DNA of 64,000 nucleotides from Strigamia acuminata (lineage: Eukaryota), in assembly GCA_949358305.1 (NCBI GenBank), contig OX442314.1, positions 8,184,001 through 8,248,000 of the forward strand, read 5' to 3'. Below, in pieces: positions 13,171-27,720 of this stretch. Under the pieces are notes generated by a model, which was not told the origin of the DNA, did no database searches, and worked only from the letters and a program-made list of their open reading frames with translations. The first letter of the stretch is position 1, and the number at the start of each line of letters is the position of its first letter. A program made the translations under genes and the position numbers.

Positions 13171-15589
13171 GAGCAATCCAATGACAGTATTATCTTGACA
13201 ATAAGATATTTTTTTGTATTTAACGTAACAAACGTTGAACGCAGAAGCAGCTTTTATTCAAAAGAATATGATAATCCAATTGATGAAAATTTTCTTTAAT
13301 CTGCGGCTATTTTGTGAATGACTTCTACTGCACAATTGGCTACACAAATGCAAAACATTTGCACTCCAGGTTTCTTCTTTGTTGAACAAGCAACTGACAG
13401 AGAAAGATAAGTATTTTTTTATTGTTCGAGTTAGTATATTACAGGGTGTATTTCACCCGGAAGCGCCCCCTTGTAACGAGTTTAGGTTATAATGAAGCGA
13501 GTGAGAACCAGATCTCCAAGTGGGAGAGAAAAGAGAAAAGTCAATTTGTAATTAGATAACGATTCCATTTCATGACTGGGCAATTTCGCACGAAAAATTA
13601 AGCTGTTTATCATGGCCTACCTGAACCGGAAATACTATACACTAGTCAATCATCAGCTTTCAGGCCACCCTTCCAACTTCTGAGCCCTTGCTTGATTAAA
13701 TTGAATAAAATTCTCTACATTTAATTTCAAGCTTAACAAGGTCACGACCCCAAAGGTAGACTGCCTATTCGAGCACGTTCGAAGAACTGCAACAACCATT
13801 TATTGTTTTAACATTGTTCCCAATGACTATGGCTCCCTACTGGTCAAACTGACCAATGGAACACTACTTCCAAACTACATCCAACAATATCCACACAATC
13901 CAAAGCAAGAAACACAAAAAACATGACATTTGGATCGCGATGAACATTCTTCGGGTTATGCCACTATGTGGGTTGACGGGTGACAATCATCCATGTTGAA
14001 TAAGCAGGGCAATCTAAAAGCCTTTCAACATCTTCAAGAACAGAAAGTAACGGCAACTTACAGAGGGTGAATACTCAGAAATGAAACACTGCAATTTTTA
14101 ATTTATTTCCTTTAACACACGTTTGTGAATTGTCTTAGTTTGTTCAATGTGTTCCCCATAGAATGCCCTAACAGGATGTCGTGTAAACTGGTTAAATGGA
14201 AACGACCTGCGCACCACGTTTAAATCTTCGTTCAACAAGTTTTCTCGTTCAAATCGGATCTTGCTGGCAGCCATCTTGGATTTTCGTTAGATCGGTCGCA
14301 ACAATCTCGACCCCTATGGTTATTATTTGGGCTAATTTATTTACACTTGAATTTACACACAAATTTATACAGAAATTTATTTTTTAACTCGAAAATTGGA
14401 TCATTTAACTTGACATTCACACCACCAGTTGCACTGGTCGTTTAGTGCAAATGACTTTTCGAGTGCACCTATTGCGAAAAACTGGAGGTGTCCAGGGCTA
14501 ATTCTCGTGTTGTTTTAATTCTATATTGAATGCTCCTACTGTTTGTTTGTTCTCAGAAGTCTTGTCCATGCCATTTGCTTTTGACTACTTATTTCAATAG
14601 GCCTACTTTCCTTCCATCTCTACTTCCCCTACACTAAAGGTAGGGTCTTTATTCAATCCAGTTCTCTTGTCAAACGCTTTCCAATGGGATTACACACATG
14701 TTTGAGCACTCAATTTGCAGAGAACAGATTAAATTCCCCCCTGCTGCAACTGGAAACAGGATTAAAACCTAAACCCAAAGTGCAACTTTAACAACAATTC
14801 CCTATTGTCATCCATGGAAAATGGAACCCACAAATGTCAAATAATTGAAAAAAAATTTAAAAAAAATTTTTTTTCTTTAGACCTACTTCCATCAACACCC
14901 CACCCTCAATAATGACCCAATTTCACCCCACGGTTTTTTCCTTCCTTCAAAAGTACACAATCCCATCACCAGGTATTACCTTTACACCTGATCTTGACCT
15001 TTGAACAAATCCAAAAAAAAATTAAAATTGACCTGACATCAAACTAAATAATTCCACAAACTTAAAAATTCCAAACCGGTCGACCAAAGTTCAAAAAAAA
15101 AATTTTTTCTCAAAAAATTTATTTTATTTTAATTTTAACTCCAACCGGAAGTCGAGTATGTGAATATGCAAATTGATGAATTGCAGTAAATCAATCAGAA
15201 ATGGAGGTTAATGTGTGCGAGATAAGGACAAATTACGTTCCATTTACGCCGCGGTAACAAACGATGATGGCGCACTTGCCATTTCTTTTGCCCGTCCGTT
15301 GTCAGTCTGTGGAAGTGGGTCAGGAATGGGAAAAGGGGGCGCGGGAAAATGGTTGGCCTCCTCGCCCTCAACCCGTTCATGTGGGCGACACAAAACCAGG
15401 TAGGAGGACGCGATGGGGGGTTGGTGTAAACTCAACGCCCCTGCAGTGAACAATTAATTGCAGTAATTCTTCTTTGGGTTTTGTATATGGAAATGGAGAG
15501 TAATTGAATTTGTAAATAGAAATGGAAAGTGTGTCGGGATAAAAATCGATTTCTGAATTTAGACTGTTTTTGTTTGTTTGTTGATTGCA

Positions 15590-16155
15590 AAAATCGATAA
15601 AAATCGTTTATTTTTAAGCAAAAATAGATAAAAACCGTTTATTTTTAAGCAAAAATCGATAAAAATCGTTAATTTTTATGCAAAAATCGATAAAAATCGT
15701 TAATATTTATGCAAAAATCGATAAAAATCGTTGATATTTATGCAAAAATCGATAAAATTCGTTGAATTTTATGCAAAAATCGATAAAAATCGTTGAATTT
15801 TATGCAAAAATCAATAAAAATCGTTGAATTTTATGCAAAAATCGAATAATAGTTTCTTTTTGCAGAAAAATCGATAAATATCGTTCCTTATTGTACAAAA
15901 ATCGATTAATATCGTTCTTTTTTGTACAAAAATTGATTAATATCGCTTCTTTTTGCATACAAATCGATTAATATTGTTTCTTTTTGCACAAAAATCGATT
16001 AATATTGTTTCTTTTTGCACAAAAATCGAAAAACATCGTTCCTTTTTGCACGAAAATGGATAAATATCGTTCCTTTTTGCACAAAAATGGATAAATATCG
16101 TTTCTTTTTATGTAAAAATCGATTAATATCGTTTCCTTTTGTGCAAAAATCGATT
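15590..16155. repeat. Minisatellite, 31-bp unit (AAAAATCGATAAAAATCGTTAATTTTTATGC)
   Basis: Visible tandem array. Confidence 0.9.
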
Positions 16156-17959
16156 TTCAAAACCAACTTTTTCTAACCGAAAAGTCGAAAACCTTGACCA
16201 CCTCCCCCGATAATTAAGAAAAGTTCAATTTACATCATTCTCAATTGCAATTGAGATCTCATCAAAACTGCAGTCTCATCACACCTGCAAATCAATTACC
16301 TCATCTTAACAAAATGGCCGCATCCAAATCAGCCACACACAACAACAAAAATTATTAATTGCTCGAATATCCAAGGGTATAATTTCGGTGAGTTGAGCCA
16401 TTTTGGCTCCTGCAACATCACCCCTCATTGGTGATCCAACTAGTAATTAATCACCACTTATGAACCATTTTGCATTTTACTTGATAGCACCATCTGGTGG
16501 GGAAAAATTAACTCCCTCATCAGTCAAATTATCAAACTGTGCACATCATTATTATTCGATGGTTTAATACTGCAACTGACTTTAATTAATTGACTTTTTC
16601 ATTCTCCTGAGTCACTAATCTACTAAATTAAGACACTTTAGGTCTAGCGAAAGAGAGAAAGCAGGATTAATTATCGGATTTCTTCGATACTAAGACGCCA
16701 TCGATTGCAAGACGCACTTTTTAAATCTCTTCAGCGGTACCCGTATGGCTTTCTTCAGATGTACCAGTACGAGATCGCACAAGAATTTCAAGAATTTGCG
16801 AGACGTTGCACATTTTATGAAATTTTACCTAAACTAAAGTGGTAAAGTACCAACAAAAGTGGTACAGGTACAGTACCACGAAGACGAGATGCGATACGTT
16901 GGTATCGCATCTCGTCGCCAATTGGTCTGTCTTGACTAAGTATTTGAAACTGTAATGGAGCACGCAAATAACGTGACCGTTGGTGTAGTTGAGATTTACG
17001 TAACTGTCTAGTTTATTCAAAGTAACATATAGGTGGCGCTGCAGAAAGGCAGTGTCACAAATTAACAAGTAACAAGTGACGTGCATTGGAGAGAAGAACA
17101 CTCCAGTACCTGTACCAGTACCGCGGAAGACATCCACCAAAGAACCACAACATCTGAACTTTGAGAATTAGGACATAAATTGATTAAAATCGCAAATATC
17201 TCGAGAACGAAAGCTCGGATCATCAAAAACTAAACACCAAGCGAAAGACCGGAAAAAACTGAACCAGAAACGTTAATTAAACAATACTGCCCACAACTAA
17301 TAATTAATATACATTTAATTGAACAATGTATGCATTTTTTGTATATTTCCTTGTATTGTCAGGCCATGGATGGTGTTGGATTGATTCCGAACAATTGAAA
17401 TAAAATCACTTGTTAATGTGCAACCAACACAATTTCTCCTGTTATTTATCATCTGACGCTTTGAGCATCCGCAGCTTTAAAACAACAACATATTAGGCAA
17501 TATTTAATACAGACCCGGTCCCGATCCCGCAGCGGGATTCAGGACGGAACGGGACTTGTGAAAGTTGTCTTACGCAGGAGCGGGACCGATTGGGTTTTGG
17601 TTCCGTTGCGCACAAAAAGCGAATCCAACTTCATTTGTTTACTTGGCGGCTCGTTTGCACTTTTGCATGAATGTTTTTTTTAAACAATTTGTCCCATCTC
17701 GTGATTTGTGAATTAATACAGCCTTGCACGAATTGCAAGTTGCTTAGTCCGGTCCCGAAAAATTCAAAACTTCGGGACACGGGACGGTTCGGGCCCCGAA
17801 AAATTCAAAATTTCGGAACACGGAATGGGTCGGGACCCAAAAATTTGTTCTTTTCTCATGATGATTCACGGTTGAATTAACTTTTTTTTCTTAAATGTTT
17901 ATAAATCCAAATTTTTTTTGTCCAACAAATGACAGAGCAGTGACAAGAAAATAGACAAA

Positions 17960-17994
<35 letters not shown>

Positions 17995-18684
17995 ATAGGG
18001 AAGCCCAGTTTCCCACATTAATAAAACAGCCCTCTAGCACTGAGAATGAGAAGCAAGTTTAAGTGGAAATTGCTTCATATTTTCATACGGGCTTCTGTTG
18101 CTACAGACCTGTAATTGGCAGCAACCAAATGACAGTAATCTAACAGCCTTTTTCATTAGACAGTGCAAAACAACAATGACCTCGATCTGAAAAAAATAAA
18201 CAAAAACACAACACATATTGTTCACAACTATTTTTTCAAACTTTTTAAAATTTTATTTTTTTTCAAAAAACTTTTTTTGGACATTTTTTTTTATGTCAAT
18301 CAAATTTTTTTTTTGGCTAGGCTTATATTTTGAACCAATTAGCGATTCAATAAAGAGGGTTGGGTAAAGCTGGGAGCTACGAACTCAACCTTCACTTCAA
18401 ACAATTTTGGATCCGGCTCTTTCAAGGACCCATCAAACACGCCACCAATACCAACATCACTTAAAGTAGAGTAAAAAAAAAAATAGGCCTAAGAAAAATC
18501 CATGCAGGTGTTACACCACACCTTAAAGAAGTAAAAATATTTGGAGTTAATTAAACTTGGGTTAAATTAAAGAATCTTTTTTTTGTAAATGTTTCGCAGG
18601 TTTATTTTTGGATAAAAATATTTTTTTTCTAGATTATTTTTTAAGCTTTCTAGATCTTTCTGAAGATTGTTTTTACATTGTTCG

Positions 18685-19170
18685 TTAATTATTTTACACT
18701 TTTGTTGATTATTTTACACTTTTGTTGATTATTTTTACACTATTGTTGATTATTTTTACACTTTTGTTGGTTATTTTTACACTTTTGTTGATTATTTTTA
18801 CACTTTTGTTAATTATTTTTACACTTTTGTTGGTTATTTTTACACTTTTGTTGATTATTTTTACACTATTGTTGATTATTTTTTCAGTTTTGTTGATTAT
18901 TTTTACACTTTTGTTGGTTATTTTTACACTTTTGTTGATTATTTTTCCACTTTTGTTGGTTATTTTGACATTGTTGCTTTTTATACATCATCTGTTGCTA
19001 TATTCACATTGTTTTTGTTTTTTTTTCACATTGTTTTTGCTTTTTTTCACATTGTTTTTGCTTTTTTTACATTGTTTTGTTTGTTGCTTTCCACATTGTT
19101 GATTTTCCTACATTGTTTGTTGATTTTTCTACATTGTTTGTTGATTTTACTACATTGTTTGTTGATTTTT
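18685..19170. repeat. Minisatellite, 21-bp unit (TTGTTGATTATTTTTACACTT)
   Basis: Visible tandem array; source of the spurious LLIIFTL ORF. Confidence 0.9.
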
Positions 19171-20532
19171 GTACACTTTATATCGATTCTTATACATTTC
19201 TGTTGGATTTTTTTAATTTTTTCTGTTGATTTCTTGGATAAAGATTTGAATCCGAGTCAAATTTTCACTTATCGCCCCCTGCAGACGCCACGAACGTTCA
19301 AGTTCAAATGCCGAGTGACCTTCACTGGCCATGATTAATGGACGCCGAGGAAAAAGGGCGGGGAACAAGGGTGAACTACTTCAAAGAGCAAAGCTCTTTC
19401 CAGTTAACACTCCCCCCAATCAAGACAAACGAGCTCTCTTTGTTACGCTATAGGGGAAATTTAGAGAGCTTGACAATCGATTTTCTTTTCATTAACAATC
19501 GATTCCCAACTTATCTTCCCAATTTTAATATTTACATGAAAAATGTTGCACAAAAAAAATCGGAAATCGATTTTAATTGAATTGAAAAAAAAAAATCAAA
19601 AATCGAAAAAAAATCGAAAATCAAAAATCAAAAAAAAAATCGAAAATCGAAAATCGAAAATCGATGTTTTTGATTCTTTAGTGGACAAAATAATCGAATT
19701 TGATAAAAATCCATTTCCAAAATGTATTCGACTTTTTCAAATCAATTTTTCAATCAATTTTTTAATTTAATCAATTTTTTAAATCGATTTTTTAATTTAA
19801 TCGATTTTTTAAATCGATTTTTTAAATTTAATTGGTTTTTTAATCGGTTTTTTAATTCAATCAATTTTTAAATCGATTTTTTAATTTAATCAATTTTTCA
19901 ATCAATTTTTTAATTTAATCAATTTTTTTAATTTAATCGATTTTTAATCGATTCTTTAGTTTAATCGATTTTTAAATCGATTTTTTTAATTTAGTCGATT
20001 TTTCACAAATCCATTTTTCAATCGATATTTTCGAAATTTGATCCCAATTTAGATGCACCTTGATGAAAAATGTGCCACTTCATCTTGACCACACAACAAA
20101 TCCTTCCGAGCCACGTGGATACAACTCGGGCACTCCGGGGGTGGATTTCGCTCTACCCCAACTGTCAGTGGCGGCGTGTGGTCCATCATCAATTGCACAA
20201 CTGCAACATCTTCCATCACTACACTTCTTCCCTTTAAACATCAAAATGAACCATCTTTAAAATCCCAAAATCAGATTCCACTCTCCTTATGGTCATCTCT
20301 CCACCACCCACTCCAGATGGCCGTTATCTTGTGCTCACAATTCTTTCCAGACATATTGGATAGCACCAACATCCAATCACATAAATCTCAAAAAGAATGA
20401 AAAACAAAATACTCCTCGACAACTATGTTACATTGTATCAACTTGCATTTGCACCGAGAACTGCAAAAGCACAGCATTTCTCTATTAAAGATGTGTGGCA
20501 GATGTATATCGTCTTAAATCACTCAAGAAAAA

Positions 20533-20607
20533 GGTCACCAAGATCTGACTACTGACCAGACCTGATGCTGCTTAACTTCCGTGTTCAAATGGGAACGAGA
20601 TGTTCCA
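20533..20607 (-). mobile_element. 5S rRNA-derived fragment (SINE3-like head or 5S pseudogene)
   Basis: Minus strand GTTCCCATTTGAACACGGAAGTTAAGCAGCATCAGGTCTGGTCAGTAGTCAGATCTTGGTGACC resembles the 5S internal control region (GAAGTTAAGCA...GGCC..GTTAGTA....GGGTGACC). Confidence 0.6.
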
Positions 20608-20719
20608 AACAGATTCTCCACCCACCTCAACGTCAAACTTTCCAATGAATGGAATAACCATAGAAAGATCCACAAAAATTAATTGCGGACTTTTGTTTTC
20701 CGTATAATTCCTCGCTTTA

Positions 20720-21338
20720 AGCCTAGTACTCACACGCTTTCAGAGTCTAAATATTTTTACAGTCTTAATTTATCAACAGCACCATTTCAAGCGGAATGTT
20801 TTATCCTCATATTATTCAGAGTCTGGTAAATTTGTGGTAGTCATGAAATTGTCACTAGAAAGTTTCCGTACTTTTAAACTGTGTGAGTCATTGTTGCTTG
20901 TTTTGCAAATGGCTGACAATGGCAATAAAGCTTTGTCCAACTTTTCTGACTTAAATAATTTTAAAATCAGTTTTGGTCTTTTTGCAATTAAAAAAGCATT
21001 TATTTTATCTGAAATGCAGGCAAAAATATAATTCTAATAACCTTCAACAAACAACGTGTTCAATTGTAGTAGTTGGGTGTCTTTGTTTGCAACCGGCTCT
21101 GACCAGTTGCAAATTTTAGATCAAAAACAAGGGAATTCTGGGTAGACAAAATTTATTCAGAGTCTGAAACAATTAAATTTTTCCGTGCACCATCGGGGCC
21201 GGAAACAATTCGTTTCCACTTGCAAGGGTGATTCAGAGTCTAAACAAGATTTTTATGAGTACCACCCATGGCAGGAAACTTAAGACTTTGATTCCTGTTA
21301 CCATCCCAAGGACGGAATGGTGTTATGAGTACTAGGCT
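20720..21338. mobile_element. PIF/Harbinger-type MITE, TIR AGCCTAGTACTCA, TSD TTA
   Basis: tta|AGCCTAGTACTCA ... TGAGTACTAGGCT|tta; four internal TTCAGAGTCT motifs. Confidence 0.8.
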
Positions 21339-21445
21339 TTAGCTTTTAATCAATTATAGCTTTCTTACAAGGAGACCGCAGAAGTGTTTAATCCACAATT
21401 GTTTAAATTTCTTTAAAAATAAAGTATTGTTATTATCTAAACAGT

Positions 21446-21503
21446 CAATACTTTCTTTATTTAAATGCACCTCTCTCTCACATTGTTACAAACAGTTACA
21501 ACA
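21446..21503. repeat. ~58-bp dispersed repeat, apparently identical copy at ~25248-25305
   Basis: GTCAATACTTTCTTTATTTAAATGCACCTCTCTCTCACATTGTTACAAACAGTTACAACAC occurs at both places. Confidence 0.85.
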
Positions 21504-22744
21504 CTAGGTGCAATTGGTCTTCCTGCCGTTTGGTTTCCATTTCCAACGGTCCAAGATTTTCAGCCGGAAACCTCCTGAATAAAAACTTTCATCAACATCA
21601 TTCAATAATGCTTCAATGTATAACAAGCAGGAAGCCAGTCACACCCAACCCAGTCCCAGCTGCTCTAGCTTCTATTTCCACTCCCAGAGATAAGAGAGCA
21701 CGTGCTGCAGGTCACAGGTGAAAGCGCCGTATCTTTCCTTAATTTCATGCCACCAGATGTCACTTTGCTGCAATTGATGGCCGATTCTCACCGACTCTTA
21801 GTCAAATCAAATTGAGGGGAAACTCAAGAATTTTCCTTTCCATCTTGTTGTTTAGAGGGGGTGTGGCTGACTGGGTGGGGGTGTTGAAGGTCTGTGTGTG
21901 AAAATATGATTGCAAGTTGTTAAAAAGAATTTGTATTGGAATTCTTGTGCATTGTAAGACTGCATTCCACACCAGGAGGAAGTGGGGAGGTGCAAGCAAA
22001 GACTCAGCATCCTGACTAGGCTAAAAGAGTCCTTTATGTTGACTGGACACTGGTCACTCAAGGAATGTTCAGTGACCCCCCTCTCAGGTCTTGGAGGAAA
22101 CATGCTTCCTTTTGCTTGTGTGTCACCAGTCTCTTGTCAGAGGTCAAAAGATCATAAACAAAAATATTTTCTTTTTTTCAATTTTTCAAATTGAATGCTT
22201 TCCAATTTCTGTTGTCATCAAGGATTTATGATGAGAACTCTTGGATTTAATGGCACCAAATAAGCAATAACTTATATTTTATTGCTGCCATTTTGTAGGA
22301 TTTATTTACTTCTTAAATCTTAGCTGAGTTTTACCTGTTATTGTTTTCAGAAATGCCCCTTGTGTGCTGGTCATGATTGGCCTTAATCAAGTTGAGGTTG
22401 ATGACACCGAGGTGGTTTTTCGGTTGCCGATTGCAAGGTTCAGTTTGGACCTTTGAGGGTGGGGCCTTCTGGGATATATGCAAACTTAGGCGACATAGGA
22501 AAATTAATCCAAAATTACATGACTTATTTGTCTGAAAAGACTTCTCTAAACAGGATAGGACGTTTTTTACATCGTATCTCTGAGAGTTCAACTTGGATGG
22601 ATTCAAATAAGAGGATTAAGATTGCGTGAAATCGAAATCACTTATTTGACTTATATACGGTAAAACCTCGATTATTCGAACTAATTGTGGACAATGGTGT
22701 TCATAAAACCGTATCGTTTGGATAATCAAACATTAGGTTTATTG

Positions 22745-23035
22745 TCAAAAAACATTAAAAACCGATTAGAAATATGTGAAAATCGTCAAAAAACATTAAA
22801 AACCGATTAAAAATATGTGAAAATCGTCAAAAAACATTAAAAACCGATTAGAAATATGTGAAAATCGTCAAAATACATTAAAAACCGATTAAAAATATGT
22901 GAAAATCGTCAAAAAACATTAAAAACCGATTAAAGATATGTGAAAATCGTCAAAAAACATTAAAAACCGATTAAAGATATGTGAAAATCGTCAAAAAACA
23001 TTAAAAACCGATTATAAATATGTGAAAATCGATTT
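22745..23035. repeat. Minisatellite, 41-bp unit, directly after a pogo/Tigger-like end (TA-CGGTAAAACCTCGATTATTCGAA, ~22657)
   Basis: Visible tandem array of AAAAACATTAAAAACCGATTAAAAATATGTGAAAATCGTCA. Confidence 0.85.
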
Positions 23036-26000
23036 AAAAACCGATAAAACCTAAACTTGCACTTGTACTTTTGGAAAATTTGCCGACGACATTGCAGAAA
23101 AGCGTGTTTATACAAAGTGTTCTACAATCTTCAACATTCTCTTCACTTTTTCTCAAATACGTGATTGACGTTTAGACATTTTAGACTAAATAAATGGTGC
23201 TCTACAACTTTGTAATTTGATAATAACGTCTATCTTTAATAGTTCCAACGATAGAAACTAAAAGTCATTGAAAAAATGATCCCAAGCCGTTTTCACCGTT
23301 AAATCCACCTCACCTGATTTGCTACAAACACACTCAAACAATTTCTACACACAAACTTGATTTTTATTAATCGTAAAATAATCGTGTTTAGTGGGACATC
23401 CCGATTCAATAAGCCTAAGCGATGTTTCTGCTTCTGATGCCAACCAAACGCCTTTCAGCAGGCGCAATCATAATCATCTTACATGCTAAATCAGGGGTCG
23501 GCAAATAATCTTAAGTGGGGTCCGGATACTATTGAAAATTTTTATCGAGGTCCAGAAAAAAAAACACTTAAAAACCTTACTAAAAACCTAAGAAAACGGA
23601 AAAAACACTTAAAAACCAAATAATCACAAATAATGCTAATTGAACAGTGGTTTAAAAAATATAAACAAGTTTAAATGACTTTACGGATGCGCCCACGTTC
23701 GAAACAAAACATCCCACATTTGCCGCATACTTTTTCTATGCGTGTTTCATTTTATTAAACTTCTTTTTTTAGATATTTTTTTAAATATAATAATTGAAAT
23801 CTATCAAACTGAACCATCAAATTCATTTCATTAAAAACGACCTCGTGACTTATCAGTGGAAATTATGCAGCCAACCTTTGCAAATCACAGCTTCCGGGCA
23901 GATTGGTGGCTCTGCAACAAGATTTGTAGCAACAATACTTCTTGCAAGGATGTAATTTGGCTTCTGTGTAATTGTAGTTTGTCAAATATAAAAATACAAG
24001 CATGTAATTGATGGAAGGAGCAAGCAAGAGTGGAATTAAAAATAAATTTAACAAAAATATAAAAAAAAAAATTGACATATTTTACATGAGAAATATTAAA
24101 ATTATTTTTTTTTCTTCTTCCCCCATTACCGATTAAATTTTTTCTTATTTATTTACACAGATTTTTATTCACCAATTGAAAAATTATTTAATAAATAAAA
24201 TGTTAATAACAGTATTCACTGTAAATACTTTTTGAGTGATTTAAACCCTAATTTTCCCTTTTATTTTTACAATTAGGCTTATTTTACACTTTTTTCATTT
24301 TTAATGAAAAATTTCAGTATAAAATGAAATCATAAATAAAAATCCTTCAGTCGTGTGAAATCAATGACCTTCCATTGTTATTAGTCCGTATTTCACGCCC
24401 GATTTCAACGAGTTGGAGAGTAGCAATTGGAACAAGGACAAACAGAAGCTGATTGGATGGAAAAAAAATGAGAATAATCTCCTAACTAAGATAATTTTCT
24501 GGCAGGAAGTTATTAAATTCCTTAATTATTACCAGCAAAACCCACTACAGTTATTATTTCCAAACGTGCGAAAATGATCAAATCCAAAGTGTGAGAACCA
24601 ATTCAGCACTGGAACCGATTAGCTAAGCCTTTTTTCTTCCATTTTTAGAGCAAATCCAGTAAAACGTCGTCATTATAAAACCATTTAATCATTTTAATGA
24701 CAAAATTCACCCTAAATGTCTGTTAAAGCAGCAATATCAAGGATAAATTGAATTTTCATAGCAATCTACCGATAACCCAATCTGTGGTCAATTTTGCGAA
24801 CCACAACCGCAGAGTTAAAACAATAACGCGTTTCATTAATTAAAGCAATTTTGTAATTTTGCAATTTTAACAATTTCGCACTTTTGGATTGTTTAGTGCC
24901 ATCTCTTGATGGGAATAGTCTTCCGGCATTGTTGTTGCCGGTTGTTACTTCCCCCTAGGACTATCAACTACAGGACTTCCCATTTAGAACAATTTAATTG
25001 TTAGACTGTAATGCGATTCTGTCTTGTGATCGTGGCGCCAACCGGCCGAAACGGCACAAAATGACGTTATTTTGCGAGCAAATGGCGGACGACTGACATC
25101 TCGCATTAAAATTTTTAGACGACATTATAAAGTGGTACATTTATATTTTATGTTGAAGTTAAAAATAACGTCTGAAAATTATTTATTACATTTTTAGATG
25201 TTACTTTTAAATCAAACGTTAAATAAAATTGAACTACGTTGTAACGGTCAATACTTTCTTTATTTAAATGCACCTCTCTCTCACATTGTTACAAACAGTT
25301 ACAACACACAGTGATCGTCCTATCAAAGCTTAGTCGGTTTTCTTTTGATTATTTAGAAATTAAAAACTTCACATTATGTTTATCTTCTACTGCTAATAAA
25401 TTCCTTCGGATAGTTTTTGTTGAAAAGAGAGTACTTTTCGGCTTTTTTCAAAGAAGCTTGTAAACATGTCGTAAAGATGCTTCGCTCGTGTTCTATTCAT
25501 CAGCCGCTAAGTTGGAGTGAATCGAGCAAAAAGGGTTGCGAGCATTTCCGATGGGATTTTTCCTCATGCCAAATGACAAGTGCATGCCGCAAACTCACTC
25601 CGGACTCCGCTAAAGTTATAAAATATTTTTTCTCCACTGACAGCTTGACATAACAGTATGAAAATTCATAAGGCATCTGTGCAAATGCAAACACGATTGA
25701 ATTCAACAGGAAACCAATAAATCTGCTCCATAAACGTCAAAGCGCGCTTACGCCAAAAACCCGTTCGAAGTCCTAACTTCGTGCAACTCTGGCGAACTTA
25801 CGATGTATCTCCTTCGTCTTGCAAGCTGTGGGACTTAGTCAGACAAGGGTGCGAAACAACTGAGTCATCCATCCAGACCCGAAGTTGCTTAACTTGCTCC
25901 GATCCGGGTTGATTCACAGTTAGAATGCTGTAAACAGTCTTAGATCTGAAAATAATAATGGTTAAAGGTTGTCTAGGTGGCCAGAATAAGCAGCAACTGT

Positions 26001-26874
26001 TCACAACGCGCAGAACTTCTCTGCGCAAGCGAAAAAGTGGCGTCAAATAATTCTAAATGGCACATTATTAGAAGATCCCTTGGTCTGGATGCTTGAAGTG
26101 CTTTGAAGTTCAATATTTCATTAAAACAACCCATCTTGGAGCAGCTATAAATGACACTTCAATTAGGCTAAACCGGCGAGGAGGCCAAAATAATTCGGTT
26201 TTTCGCGAATCCCTGCCATGATGGATCACAACAACATTAAAAAGGTGGCCCAATAAATCAAGCTGGCAAAGATGTGCATCATAATGCCACCTTAATGGTC
26301 GCCATGACAACCAAATGAAGTACTTAGAGCCGCCGTTGAGGCAAAGCCGTGTGATTTATCGCCGTTATTTATTGACAAATATCTTCTGGTGAGAAAAAGC
26401 AAAATTAAAATATCACGCGCTAAGAATTACTCCACGGAAAAAAAAGTTATTACAAATCCAGATGATGCCGCCATCTTGATCGACCTCTGTTCATGGCCAC
26501 CAGATGGCAGCATTGATTATTCCCATGCAGCGATATTGAATTATGGTGTATTGAAAATTGTGCGTAAAGAGAGTCGGTTGTAAATTATTAAACAAATAAA
26601 AATTAATAATTAATTTAATTTTAAAAAAATTAACAAAAATAATAAAAAGTAAATAAAAGTGATGTGACATGCAGAATAGTTACTTGGACGTAGTGTGGGT
26701 CCTCAATAATGCAGTGATTGTGATTATTGAAACAATCACTTCAGCACCTTCAGTGTGTCATTTTTGAAACCCCTTTATATGATGGCACGTCATATGCATG
26801 TTCACATAGAAAAATACTCACACAAGCCTAAATAAAAATCTAACAAGTGAAGATTTTACAACCAACTGCTAATC

Positions 26875-27720
26875 CAGAAAATCAGCCATAAATCCAACAA
26901 ATCAGCCATAAATCCAACAAATCAGCCATAAATCCAACAAATCAACTGAAAATCAACGATAAATTAGCTACAAATTTAGCAAATCGGCTACAAATTTAGC
27001 AAATCAGCTACAAGTCTAGCAAATCAGCTACAAATCTAGCAAATCAACTGCAAATCTAGCAAATCAACTGCAAATCTGGCAAATCAACTGGAAATCTGAC
27101 AAATCAACTGGAAATCTACCAAAACAACTGAAAATCTACCAAATACTGAAAATCTACTAAATCAACTAAAAATCTACCAAATCTACAAAATCAATTGCAA
27201 ATCAACTGCCAATCTGGCAAATCAACTGTAAATCTGGCAAATCAACTGCAAATCTGGAAAATCAACTGCAAATCTGACAAATCAACTGCAAATCAAATGA
27301 AAATCTACCAAATTAACTAAAAATCTACCAAATCAACTAAAAATCTACCAAATTAACTAAAAATCTACCAAATCAACAGAAAATCTACCAAATCTACAAA
27401 ATCAATTGCAAATCAACTGCAAATCTGGCAAATCAAATGAAAATCTAGCAAATCTACCAAAACAATTGTTAATCAACTGCAAATCTAGCAAATCTGGCAA
27501 AACAATTGTTAATCAACTGCAAATCTAGCAAATCTGGCAAAACAATTGTAAATCAACTGCAAATATAGCAAATCTGCCAAAACAATTGTAAATCAACTGC
27601 AAATCTTGCAAATCTGCCAAAACAATTGTAAATCAACTGCAAATATAGCAAATCAACGGCAAATATAGCAAATCAACTTTAATCTCTTGCAAATCTAGCA
27701 AATCTAGTAAATCAGATACA
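26875..27720. repeat. Minisatellite, 10/20-bp units (CAAATCAACTGCAAATCTAG)
   Basis: Visible tandem array. Confidence 0.9.

Noticed and set aside
18722..19338. Hydrophobic ORFs (LLIIFTL repeats) resembling membrane proteins
   Set aside because: Translations of a 21-bp minisatellite; the same applies to ORFs at 3830-4206, 28432-28966, 34800-35159 and 41901-42416.
22745..23035. Regular 41-bp repeats as a possible CRISPR array
   Set aside because: Head-to-tail repeats without unique spacers, no cas genes, eukaryotic context.
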